From a virus (taxonomy: Duplodnaviria; Caudoviricetes): 55,089 nt of DNA. Shown piece by piece: positions 36,202 to 47,100 of the stretch. Both the position numbers and the translations under genes were made by a program. The notes beneath the pieces are model-generated. The model was not told the origin of the DNA and did not search any database. It saw nothing but the letters and a program-made list of their open reading frames with translations. Each line of letters begins with the position of its first letter. The stretch's first letter is position 1. The stretch is taken from positions 1-55,089 of IMG/VR virus record IMGVR_UViG_3300028388_002422. The stretch is one strand, 5' to 3'.

Positions 36202-39200
36202 TAAATTTCCCCAAACATTGGTTCAGTCAATGTTTCAATATCTGTCAAAGATAATTCTTTTGACCAAATTAAAATTGATTGCAAATAAGAATAAGCTGAT
36301 GAAGATGGCGAGGTAGTTGAATAGAATGTTGCACCATTATTTGTTAAATGCCAATGCATATTACATGTATCTGGTACGCCAGAAGCTGCATCTGTCCAAT
36401 CAATAGTGTGCGTTGCGCCTGACGACGTTATTACAACGACATTATCAACATAAACTTTGAATCCATTTGTTGCGGAACATGTTATTGCAATATGATATGT
36501 TCTAAAAGCAGTAAATGAACGAGTAGTCCCTTCACTATAGTCAGTCCATGTACCTGTACCGGTGCCAATACGTAATGTTAAACCATTTGTTGTGTCATAA
36601 AATAGATGAATACCTTTTTTAACTGCGCCGTCCCAACCTTTTGGTTCAACACTAAATAAATAATGTCCATTATTGAAGTTTGCCCAGTTATCAGTAGTAA
36701 ATGCCCAATGATAACTTATATCTTGTACTTTCCATGTTGACGGTATATTTTCAAAGCCAAATGCGCAAAGATCTGGGAAGCCACTAATACTTACACTTCT
36801 TCTAGTAAATAAGCAAAGTCCATGTTGACTGCCGCTAACTAATAATACTTTTAAATCTGGACCAAATTCGGAATTTGTTAATAATCCAGTATATGTTGTA
36901 ACATCATTGTCTACTGGATGAAACGCTAGTAAATTATCTGGATCATAATTTTTAATCGCTGTACGCATTGCAGTAAAAAAATTATTACCAATTGTTGCTA
37001 AATTTGAATGACTAAATGAAGCACTTGTACTTATACCAACTACACCAATACTTATATTACTTGGCGCTTCATTTTGGGTATTATCCATATCATTCCCAAT
37101 CATATCGTCATAAGCTGCGTTGTTTGTTTGAGTTTGATATGTTGAAGCATATGTGCTATGACCTGTGTTATAAGCTACGGAGTTTGTTTGTATTCCAAAA
37201 TTGAATGATCTTGTTGCATACTCGCCAACAAGATTAAACCAAATAGATATAATTTGAAATCTACTTCTATAACCGGACGGAGATTCACCAGTTAAGCTCA
37301 TACTAATGCCTGTTCCAACTGAGCCCGATTCAGGCGCATGAAACACTGAAATAGACGTTCCTCTATGTCGTATTTGGAATCTATAGCTTGCTGCACCTTG
37401 GGTGCACTCTAATATATACCCAGTATTTGGAGTAGAAGTTTTTTGATCAAATATATATGCAAATGCAATATGTGCTTGAGTTTTACCTGTTGTTAAATCA
37501 CGAATTGTACGATCTAAATTAAGACCATCACCGGCGGCTGCGCCTGGGTTTTGCATCGTCCCACGGCCATCACCAAATATTGTGCTTGCATTTACATTTG
37601 TATATGTTCCATAAGAATTTCCACTAATATAATCAAAAGCACTGCCACTGGCTGTAACGTCATCTAGGCCAAGTAGCATGTCTATTTCAGGCAGTTCAAT
37701 AAATTCGTTTAATAAAGTTCCCCATCCTTTATCTATTATGCTGCATTCTTCCCATCCTCTGCCTACAACTGCTGAATTTTGATAAACACAATATTTTAAC
37801 TTACCATAAGAATCAGCGCCGTCTGTTGTTTGTTGAGCATCAGTATATATAAGAGCAGTTGTTGACGATTGGAATGAATTTAGAAGTATATCTCCAATGG
37901 TTTTTATATCAATATCATAACTTTCAGAGTCTTCAGATAAACTGCCGCCTACATTATCAATTACACCACTATCACCACCGAGTGACCCGCCTTTTCTGGT
38001 TCGTCTTGTCCAAGTTAAGTTATAATCTCCAGCGTCTTCAGTTGCAGACAATTGTATTGGGCTATATGGTTTTAATGGATAGCCTAATATTACATGCTCT
38101 TCTTCTACTGCTTCTGATAAATACGTTCCTTTTGGCACTATTTTATAATAAATAGTTTGCTCATATTGTGAATTAAGCAAGACATGTCTTACAATACTTC
38201 CATTTGAAGTAAGTACAACAACAAGATCCCATGAATCATGGGTATCTATAAAATTATTAGTTCCTCTGCGGCCACGTAATAAACCAGAGATTTGATAAAT
38301 TTTTGGATTAGCTCGGAGCTGTGTTGCAGTTTCAAAATTTATATATTCCCATCTATTATTTTTGCCATAAGCTATTGAATTAATAGTCGGGTCTGCTTCA
38401 ATAGCTGCTTTTGTTGAACTAGATAATGTAACGTCAGAATTATAAAAAGTAATAGTTATTGTATTGTTATCATCCCAATCTTCCCATGCGGCGCCACTAA
38501 TATTTGATGATGATTCAACATAACCAACGTCTGGTTGCTCGGTTATTGCACTTACTAAATTATAATTAACATTATCAAATGAATAATAAATTGAACTTGG
38601 AGTAAAATTACTACTATATGAATATGCCGTTAAATAAGGTCCTGGGTGATCTTTATCAATATCGCGCAATAATGGCGAGTCAAAAATTAGAAGGTAGGTG
38701 TTAACACCTAAAGAAATATTTGATAAAAATTCTTCAGAACCAGCAGCAGATGTATTTGATATATAATTTTCTGCTGCGTCTAATACAGCCTCACAATTCA
38801 TTATCCAATTCGTTCCTCGTGTAATCTTTGTTAATCTTACACGATGATTGATACCATCAATTGGTATTTCTATTACGTCAGTTGGCTCAAGATTAAAATA
38901 TTTTACAGGTAATTTGAAACTATAAACAATTGATTCAATTATTTGTTGATGCAGTTCTGCTGCTAAATCTGTCGCATCTTGGTCATAAAGAGCAACACTA
39001 ATTTCAATTGTTTTCTTTCCATAAGATCTCGAAACAGCGGTATATGACTGAGCTATAGCGATTGTATAATTGTTATCAGCAGAACGATATTTAATTTCAA
39101 ATTGCCGCGGGATTTCCAATTCCATTGGAATATTAACTGTTGTTTGTTCTTCTTTTTGTATTGGACCAGATAATTCAACACAATTAATTTCATCAGCAGA

Positions 39201-41294
39201 AATTGTTGCTGCGACGCTACCACCTCTTATTTTATACTCAATTTTATTGTCGCCATGATACCCATCTGCATTAGCTGTTGATAGTAGTAATTCTATGTCA
39301 CTTCTGCCTGAGTGCCTTGTAGCATGAACAAAACCTGCTACTTCTTCCGAACCTAAGCCTGAAACATCATATTCTGTTGGGTCGATGCCAGATCTTTCCA
39401 TAATATCAGCAATAATTGATGCAATAGTTACACTTGTCCTTTGTATCTCGGTAAGATAAATTTCCCATATTGATCCAGTGTTCGCATCATAAGTACTTGA
39501 TGCATCATCAAGACAGATAAGTGTATTTCTTGGAGGAAAAGGTGCATAATTAGCAGCTTGGTTAGTACTGCCTGGGAGACTAAGTGAATTATATATTGTT
39601 GCCTTTGGGCCATCTAGATCTATTTTTATAGCTGACTTCACATTACTTGGGTTACATACAGACCATAGCGATCTTGTACGATGATCGTATGACCACTGCT
39701 CAGTATATGCTGGAATGAAACCGTCTACGCCTAATGAAAACCATTTTTCTATTACTCCTGTATCAATATTTACTGCTATTACAAAGTCGTAATCTCCTCC
39801 AGATGCGGTGTATACTTTCCACCATAAAAGTTTATTTTCTTCGTCACAGAAACCAACTTCACTGTCTGCAATTAAATCTGTTGTTCCATTTAAGTCCAAA
39901 ACTTCACGCTTAAAGTCTGGGCTATCTTCAACAATATCAGAAGTTATTAAAGATGCTGTTATGTCAAGAATTTGAAAATATTGTAATTTATAAGAATTAG
40001 TAGGATGGTTTAATATTGTACCAAACTTATCATCAAGAAAATTAATTGGTGTAAAAGTCTCAACAATGTCTCCGCTATAATTGGCTAAAACACTTAATGG
40101 GCCAGTGCCTAAACTCAAAGCATCTTGAGACAGGCCTAATGTACCCGTACCAAAAGTTGGCATAGTGTCAACTCTTGTGCCAAGATTTCTTTGACCAACC
40201 CAAATTCTATTTTGGCTAGGAGCAGATAAGCTAGCACCTCCACTGTAGCCATTAACAACATGTTGTCTAAGTAATTTACCAGAAGGCCAGTCAAAAACTC
40301 TTATATCAGCGTTGTTATTCGTTGTATCTCTTTGTGAGAAATAAACTTGATTTTGACTAAATTGGGGCTGTGGAAAATCTGCATCTTGGGTCGCTGGAAC
40401 AAAACGTAAGTACCAAACTTCGTGCCAACCATAATTACCAAGATAAATTTGTGTTTTTGATTCTAAATCTAAAAAAATTAAAGGGCTTGATACATAATTT
40501 GAACTTCCGGCGGGACACCATGCAACTTTACGATCAGTAGGATGATAACAAAATTCTTGTGTTCCACCGCTCCAGATAGGGCCAGTATCACCACCAATAT
40601 CTTGCCAAGTTCCTAAAAATGTTTCTTCTGTAGATACAACACTTGTTGAAGTAGTTTGAAATTCGCATTCAACAACTGGTATTCTATTACTAAATCTTTC
40701 TGATAGATTCAAATCATCAAAAACAATAACAGTGTGACCTTTATACGAAGGACAATTGCCCTCACCGACATCTTGTTCAATTAGTGAGTCAATAGATTGA
40801 TTTCCAAAAGGATAATATGTGAAACTTATATCAATATCAGAAAGAGTTCCAGCTCCTGACACATCATAAACCAATTCTTGATTTAACCAGATACGTCTTG
40901 GATTATCAGCTGGTACTTCGCCAAAACTTACCGCGAAAGTTTGAAAATATGTATATGTTGTTTGTGTACTTTCGCTACCACCACCACCTTTGCCGCCGCC
41001 AGAAGATGTTACTGTTTTCTTCTCACGAACAGGTTTTACCCAAATTGGTTTACCGCTGAGTCTGTCACCGCCCCATAGTATAGGTAAATCAGAGCCTTCA
41101 ACTTGCCCTGAAAATGTAGAATCATTTAGCCGTGGGCCTTCATAGTCAAAGCCTCCTCCACCACCACTAAATAGCATACTACCTACTGCGGACCCAATCA
41201 TCCATCCCCACGACGCAGCGGTGACTCCTAAAAATGTACCACCAATAGCGCCACCAACAAGACTGCCCGCAGCCGCAACAGCTATTACTGCCAT
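36201..41294 (-). CDS. Tail tip / central fibre protein A (megatron-like) with fused C-terminal LamG domains
   Basis: Same motifs as protein B plus a ~500-aa lectin-like C-terminus. Confidence 0.88.
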   Translation of the reverse strand: MAVIAVAAAGSLVGGAIGGTFLGVTAASWGWMIGSAVGSMLFSGGGGGFDYEGPRLNDSTFSGQVEGSDLPILWGGDRLSGKPIWVKPVREKKTVTSSGGGKGGGGSESTQTTYTYFQTFAVSFGEVPADNPRRIWLNQELVYDVSGAGTLSDIDISFTYYPFGNQSIDSLIEQDVGEGNCPSYKGHTVIVFDDLNLSERFSNRIPVVECEFQTTSTSVVSTEETFLGTWQDIGGDTGPIWSGGTQEFCYHPTDRKVAWCPAGSSNYVSSPLIFLDLESKTQIYLGNYGWHEVWYLRFVPATQDADFPQPQFSQNQVYFSQRDTTNNNADIRVFDWPSGKLLRQHVVNGYSGGASLSAPSQNRIWVGQRNLGTRVDTMPTFGTGTLGLSQDALSLGTGPLSVLANYSGDIVETFTPINFLDDKFGTILNHPTNSYKLQYFQILDITASLITSDIVEDSPDFKREVLDLNGTTDLIADSEVGFCDEENKLLWWKVYTASGGDYDFVIAVNIDTGVIEKWFSLGVDGFIPAYTEQWSYDHRTRSLWSVCNPSNVKSAIKIDLDGPKATIYNSLSLPGSTNQAANYAPFPPRNTLICLDDASSTYDANTGSIWEIYLTEIQRTSVTIASIIADIMERSGIDPTEYDVSGLGSEEVAGFVHATRHSGRSDIELLLSTANADGYHGDNKIEYKIRGGSVAATISADEINCVELSGPIQKEEQTTVNIPMELEIPRQFEIKYRSADNNYTIAIAQSYTAVSRSYGKKTIEISVALYDQDATDLAAELHQQIIESIVYSFKLPVKYFNLEPTDVIEIPIDGINHRVRLTKITRGTNWIMNCEAVLDAAENYISNTSAAGSEEFLSNISLGVNTYLLIFDSPLLRDIDKDHPGPYLTAYSYSSNFTPSSIYYSFDNVNYNLVSAITEQPDVGYVESSSNISGAAWEDWDDNNTITITFYNSDVTLSSSTKAAIEADPTINSIAYGKNNRWEYINFETATQLRANPKIYQISGLLRGRRGTNNFIDTHDSWDLVVVLTSNGSIVRHVLLNSQYEQTIYYKIVPKGTYLSEAVEEEHVILGYPLKPYSPIQLSATEDAGDYNLTWTRRTRKGGSLGGDSGVIDNVGGSLSEDSESYDIDIKTIGDILLNSFQSSTTALIYTDAQQTTDGADSYGKLKYCVYQNSAVVGRGWEECSIIDKGWGTLLNEFIELPEIDMLLGLDDVTASGSAFDYISGNSYGTYTNVNASTIFGDGRGTMQNPGAAAGDGLNLDRTIRDLTTGKTQAHIAFAYIFDQKTSTPNTGYILECTQGAASYRFQIRHRGTSISVFHAPESGSVGTGISMSLTGESPSGYRSRFQIISIWFNLVGEYATRSFNFGIQTNSVAYNTGHSTYASTYQTQTNNAAYDDMIGNDMDNTQNEAPSNISIGVVGISTSASFSHSNLATIGNNFFTAMRTAIKNYDPDNLLAFHPVDNDVTTYTGLLTNSEFGPDLKVLLVSGSQHGLCLFTRRSVSISGFPDLCAFGFENIPSTWKVQDISYHWAFTTDNWANFNNGHYLFSVEPKGWDGAVKKGIHLFYDTTNGLTLRIGTGTGTWTDYSEGTTRSFTAFRTYHIAITCSATNGFKVYVDNVVVITSSGATHTIDWTDAASGVPDTCNMHWHLTNNGATFYSTTSPSSSAYSYLQSILIWSKELSLTDIETLTEPMFGEI

Positions 41295-41296
41295 TA

Positions 41297-41719
41297 CTAA
41301 TCCTCTATATTTAAATAGTCAAAAACACCACGTAGACGTTTTTGCCATCTTTTATCAAATCTTGTTTTTACAACATTTTTTTCAGGTTCAAATGCATGAA
41401 TAAAAAAATCATTGCCTAAAGATATTCCAACATGTTGAGGAATACGTCCATAAGCAAAAAGTAATATATTTCCTTTTGTAAATTTATTATTTACAAATGG
41501 CACTCTTTTTAAGTGTCTATCAATTTTTAATTGTAATGCTTTTTGTGGATCCATGCTATAAGTTGTATCATCAATATAATTATTCGTGTCTGCGTTAAGT
41601 GACTTGCCAATACAATAAACTAATCCTATACAATCTACACCATGTTTTGATCGTCCTTGATGAGCAAATGGCACACCTAACCAGTCAAAAGATTCATTGA
41701 TTATTTCATCTCTAGTCAT
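41297..41719 (-). CDS. NlpC/P60 tail-associated peptidase
   Basis: WLGVPFAHQGR...GVDCIGL...QHVGI...FIHA. Confidence 0.9.
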   Translation of the reverse strand: MTRDEIINESFDWLGVPFAHQGRSKHGVDCIGLVYCIGKSLNADTNNYIDDTTYSMDPQKALQLKIDRHLKRVPFVNNKFTKGNILLFAYGRIPQHVGISLGNDFFIHAFEPEKNVVKTRFDKRWQKRLRGVFDYLNIED

Positions 41720-43554
41720 GTTGCTTTGTCCGCTGGTGCCGCTATTCTATCTATATTAGGCAGTTCTGGCTCGCCACCATAATTTATTACATTATTGAAC
41801 TTTACTCTGCAGTCTCCAGTATATGGCGAGCCTTTTACATCGCCGGGCATTTTTAAAATATGATTACAACCAGCAGTAACAGTAAATGTATCACCAACAC
41901 TTATAGGATAAGGTGGTTTTTGTCTCAATATCATTTGTCCATTTGTAACTTGAGACTGCTTTATATCATTTGTATAACCACTATTATTACCAGTAACCCA
42001 AGTTAACACACCATATGTAAACCACTCAGCAGCATATCCTGTTATATCTGTCTGGAATGAATAGTCACTTGTTACGACAGTGACTTCACCTGCTTGTTTT
42101 AAAGCTTTTTCTGTCGTCCATTCTAGCCCTGACGCTTCTGAAACAGTATTACCAACTGTTGTCGGCCATACCGGTTCTGCTGGTGTTATATCATCAATTG
42201 ATGCACCATATCTTATTGAAACCTCTTCTGCTGTTAAACCAAAATCATATAATGCTACTTCGTCAATTCTTCCATCAATATATAAAGGAGTCGAACCACC
42301 ATTTGGATCTCTCCTACCAATATTAAAATCACAAGCGTCATCTGGCGCAACTAAATGTAAGTCTAATGGTGTCGTCGAACTTGCAATTGTTGCTGCTGAT
42401 CCGTTTATATAAATTATGGGAACATTTAATCTAGTGGAACCATCATAGACAATAACAATATGATAAGTTGTTCCAGTTAAAACACTATTTGTTGCTGTTG
42501 TCCATGAACCGTCACTTACTGCGAGAGACAAGTGTCTAAATCTTTGATAAAATGTTATGCTTTGATCAGAAGAATCATAATGAATGGCCCAACCACGTGT
42601 ATCAGTATCTGTTTGCGTACTAGCTTGATCTTTTGAAACAATTACGCCACTACCATCTAAATTAAGGACCACTTCAACAGAGGCAAGAGTATGAAAAAAA
42701 TTCTCAATAGAAACAGCGCTTGCAGCTGCTAAATTTAAATATTGTGAACTAGCTGCATTAAAATCAATACAAGTATCTGCGTCATTTGTTATAAGACCGG
42801 TTGTACTGAAGGTTGGGCTATTTACAGCAGTTAAATTTATAATACCTTTTCTATCAACAGCTGTTGGGCCAGATGATTCGCCTAGACGCCAATGATTTAA
42901 TGGTCCGCCATTACTATCAACTGCGTCTATATATTCTACTATTTCTGTATTTGATACGCCTGGATTTGTGCATCTATATCTATAGCTATTTAATGTTGTG
43001 GGTTCAACCAGATCATTTAATGAATATGCTGTATTTTCTTGCCAAGTACTTGTCGTAAATATAACGCCACAATTACTGTCGCCTAGTTCCCAGCGGCAAT
43101 ATCTAGAATATTTATCACCAAATTCTTGCGAAAGCATTGTTGTCAATGATCTAAACTCTGCGGTGAAATTTGTTTTTTGAACAGTTATTTCACCAATGTA
43201 GCCATAATCAAGTTTTAAATCACCCCAAGATAAATCTCTAGGTGAAACTAAAAAAATTTGGACTTGTGCGCCTTTATATATACCGGCTAATAAATCTTCT
43301 TCTGTTATTGAATCGTCATCAATAATACCAACAACATCCATATTGTCAACATTTAATCCTTCTTTTTGATCAATAGCCGTACGTTGATAACCACCTGATG
43401 ACTTATATAAAAGTCCATCATATGTAAATTCATCAGGCCAATCTGTGAAGCCAAATATAACACCGTCAGTTCTTTCAATCCGCCAACACGTTGCTATAAT
43501 CGGAGCTCCACTTTCTATCTCAGTTAGTAAGTTAGCACTAATTTCTTTTGTCAT
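41716..43554 (-). CDS. Baseplate hub protein (DUF2163/BR0599) with inserted CBM-like and LamG domains
   Basis: ATCWRIERTDG.IFGFTD, CRWELGDSNC, AGCNH...CRVKFNNVINYGGEP; internal LamG. Confidence 0.88.
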   Translation of the reverse strand: MTKEISANLLTEIESGAPIIATCWRIERTDGVIFGFTDWPDEFTYDGLLYKSSGGYQRTAIDQKEGLNVDNMDVVGIIDDDSITEEDLLAGIYKGAQVQIFLVSPRDLSWGDLKLDYGYIGEITVQKTNFTAEFRSLTTMLSQEFGDKYSRYCRWELGDSNCGVIFTTSTWQENTAYSLNDLVEPTTLNSYRYRCTNPGVSNTEIVEYIDAVDSNGGPLNHWRLGESSGPTAVDRKGIINLTAVNSPTFSTTGLITNDADTCIDFNAASSQYLNLAAASAVSIENFFHTLASVEVVLNLDGSGVIVSKDQASTQTDTDTRGWAIHYDSSDQSITFYQRFRHLSLAVSDGSWTTATNSVLTGTTYHIVIVYDGSTRLNVPIIYINGSAATIASSTTPLDLHLVAPDDACDFNIGRRDPNGGSTPLYIDGRIDEVALYDFGLTAEEVSIRYGASIDDITPAEPVWPTTVGNTVSEASGLEWTTEKALKQAGEVTVVTSDYSFQTDITGYAAEWFTYGVLTWVTGNNSGYTNDIKQSQVTNGQMILRQKPPYPISVGDTFTVTAGCNHILKMPGDVKGSPYTGDCRVKFNNVINYGGEPELPNIDRIAAPADKAT

Positions 43555-44195
43555 ATTCTTATCTCAATAACACTTATATTTGTATTACTAATTAGAGGTC
43601 CAGTTAAAGACATAGGCAAACGGTCATTGTCAAAACGACAAGGAACATGAAAATGAAAACCGCACGTTACAGTATCTGCCTCTGTCAAAGCTGAATTAAA
43701 CGTAATTATACCTGTTGTATAATCAATTGTATAGTCTGTTGTTTCAACTTTAGGAGAACCATTAATTGCTAAAACTACTGTTCCACTAATTGGTTTTTTT
43801 ATTGCTCTAGTAGTTACTTGTCCACCTTCGTTATATTGCTTAAATATTTGTTGTGTTGTTTCACCTCCAACTGCTGATGTGATTAAAGTTATATCCAAAT
43901 TTGAAACTGTTTGATCCATATCTTCAGTTGATTTCCAATCAAATGGATCTTTATAACGAAAGCCATATGTTTTACCTTTCATGGCATGAAAAAATTTAAG
44001 CAAAGCGTAGCCTTGAGCCGGAGTTTTTACGCCATATTGAACTTCATAATAATGACGGCCATATGGCCATGCTTGAATACGTTGCTCGTAGCCACTTTGT
44101 GCACTTTGAACAAAAGTTAAAAAGGTTGGCCCACCAGTACTTCCATTAGAAATTTCCGTAGGAAATATAGCAGCTTCTATAAATGGCGCACTCAT
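43551..44195 (-). CDS. Distal tail protein (DUF2460, GTA-like)
   Basis: FPTEISNGSTGGP, SGYEQR, GFRYKDPFDW, FHVPCRFD. Confidence 0.9.
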   Translation of the reverse strand: MSAPFIEAAIFPTEISNGSTGGPTFLTFVQSAQSGYEQRIQAWPYGRHYYEVQYGVKTPAQGYALLKFFHAMKGKTYGFRYKDPFDWKSTEDMDQTVSNLDITLITSAVGGETTQQIFKQYNEGGQVTTRAIKKPISGTVVLAINGSPKVETTDYTIDYTTGIITFNSALTEADTVTCGFHFHVPCRFDNDRLPMSLTGPLISNTNISVIEIRI

Positions 44196-47100
44196 GTATA
44201 TTTACCTGCTCTTTTTACCATATCTCTAAGTTGCATTTCCATTTGGCCTCTTGACGCATTAAAACTATCTGCATTAGGACTAGTGACATTAAAGTTCACA
44301 CTTATATTTTGCACAGTGCCACTATTTTTACTTTCTTTTTGTTGTGCTGGAGTCTCAACAGTTACTCTCTCATTTGGCGATGCTTTAAATGCAACAACTT
44401 GTGAATCTGTTCCGCCACTGCCGCCAACTTTAAATTGGCCGCCTGTTGCAAAACCAAGCGAAGCAAATTCTGGGCTAGTCATACCCATTCCAGCTGTACC
44501 TGCTGTAAAGCTACCAATTGATGTTCCTCCAGCTGATCCAATACTGGGCATTGCTGGTACGCCTAAAACGCTGCTGGCAAAAGTACTTACAATAGTATCA
44601 AAAATACCGCCTCCGCCACCACTTTGTCCTACACCCATAATATATTGACTAAGTTGTGCTGCCGCTGCATCTGCTACCATTCTGTTTAACATATTAGTGA
44701 AAGAATCAGCAAGATTATCAAATTCACCATTCATGAAATCAAAGAAAAAGTCTGAGAAACTATTCTGCATTCCTTTCGCAACTTCTTCGGTTATGGCTTC
44801 TATTGATTTTAAACCTGTATTTGACTCATCAACTAATTTTGCCCATTGTTGCTTCATTACATCTGTAATTTGTGCATTTGTGGCGCCAGCTGCTCTCAAT
44901 GCTGGTATTAATTCGCGTACGCGAAGTTGGAACTTTTCTTCTAATGATAAAGTTTCTCGTAGTAGTTCTCTGCCTTTTTCTTCTAATTGCTGGCGCTCTT
45001 TAAGTGCTTCTTTACGTTTCTTTTCAGCTTCTACTAAGTCGATATTTTGTTGTTTCAAATTAGCTAAAGTAACAATTTGATTTTTCATTACAGCAACGCG
45101 CTCAAGCATTGCTGTTGTTGTTGCACGTGTTTCTAATGCTAAAACTTTTTCAGTAATTGCAGCAATTTCGGCTTGAGCATTTGACTCTGCTAATTGACGT
45201 TCATTCATACCAACTTGTTCATTTCGAAGTTTTAATGCTTGTATATTATCTGTAATTGATTCTTCTTGTTGGTTTAAATCAGTAAGCAATTTTTTAACTG
45301 TGGAAGCATAAGCTTTATTAGCTGCGTCTTGTGCTTTTCTTGCTTCGGTAGCATTTACAATAGCTTTACGTAAATCACGTTGCTGATAAATTTGCGCTAA
45401 TGCTTCTTCATCAACTTTATTAGCTCCGCCTGCTTCTAAAGTTAGTTTATTAGCCTCTTCTTGGGCGTCTAGATTTATTTGCTTAATTTTACCTTGCACA
45501 TCGGTTATGCTACCTTTAGCAACAGCTAAATCAATTTCTAAACTTTTTGTTTCAACTTGTGCAGCAAACTGCTTCATTAAATCAACAGCCAAAGCTAATT
45601 GCGTATTTACTTTAGTTGCTTCTTCCTCTAATCTTTCTGTTTCAAGAACATTTTTACCCATTTCTAAACGAAGAGCATAAACTTCTTGATTAATACCGCT
45701 TATTTGGCTAGTCATTCTAGCGCTATTATCTGTGACTAAACCAAATTTTTTGTTAATCCAATCCCATGCAGTACCTTGATCTTCAATGTGTTCTTTCATT
45801 GCGATCAAGCTATCAATATTATTTTGTAGCTGTTGTTGTCTAGTTGATAGCATCGCTGCTTCTGCTGCTAATGCAGCTTGACCGGCATCAGCCATTTTAG
45901 ACATTATTTCTTCAGCTGTAGTAATTATACTCTTTGATTCATTATTAACAGCAGTTAAACTACCTTCTACATCTTTTAATACATTATCTAATTCGTCTGC
46001 GTCGTCAATGAATGATGCCAAAGCAACTGATGCCGCACCTATCGAAGCGGCTATTGCTGTAAACGGATTAGCTAATGCAACCAAAGCTAAACCAGTAGCA
46101 GCAGATTTAAGATAAACAATAAAGCCACTCAAACTTGCACCAAGTTTTGTAACTGCTCCAGCTAGACCTGCGGCGCCAAAAAATTTAACTGCAGTTTTAA
46201 CAGCATTAACTAACGGTACAAATGGTCGTACAAAAGCTAATAAACCAGCCTTTAGCCAATCAAAGCCTTTCTTTAATGCTGCGAATGCTCCACCTAATCC
46301 CGAGGCGCCAACAGTACCAATTAATGCAACGCCTGCCATATCCATGGCATTCATATCTTTTTCTAATATATTAATTTCGCCAGTTAAGTCTCTACTTGCT
46401 TCTGCTACTTGGGTTTCGCCTACACCTAAGGACGTAAAAGTAGACGTAACTTTTGTTGCCGTTTGTTCTAATGAATCTAATGATGTAGTTAGTCTATTTG
46501 ATTCATCACCAAGGATAGTTGTTAACGGAATGATGTCTGTTAATTTTTCAATAAACCAAGTAAAGCCGCGAAGTAACATTCCAAGAACTGGTGTTAATGC
46601 ATCACCAATTTTTACTCTTAATAAATCAAGAGCATTAATTGCTGCTTGTAATTCGGCGCTAAACTTTCTTAATGATGAAGCTAACTGAGGCTCGGTTCGC
46701 ATTCTTACTAATTTACTAAGCTTTGTAACAAGCTCTACTGAATTAACATTACCATTTGCAACTTCTTTAATAAATTTAGCAAGTTCGTCTGTACCATAAC
46801 CCATTGCTTGGGCGGCTAAGTTCATTGCGCCAGGAATATGCTCACCCAACTGCCTACGTAATTCTTCCATAGACACGGTGCCTTTAGAAATCATTTGTTC
46901 TAAGGCAAGAAACATGCCGGCAGTACGTTCTTGGTTTAAGTTTAAGACTCGCGCTGCTACAGCAAAATCTTCAAAAGTACTTGTTGCATCTTTAACAGAT
47001 AATCCAGCGATTGTTGCTGCGTTTGTAAATTTAGAATATTGTCTTGTTACATCAACAATTGATAGTTTTAATTTTTCAGCAATACCAACAGCGGTGTTAA

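Noticed and set aside
31186-41294. Diversity-generating retroelement or invertase-based tip switching
   Set aside because: No reverse transcriptase, recombinase or near-identical template/variable repeat is visible; the paralogs are in direct orientation and well diverged.
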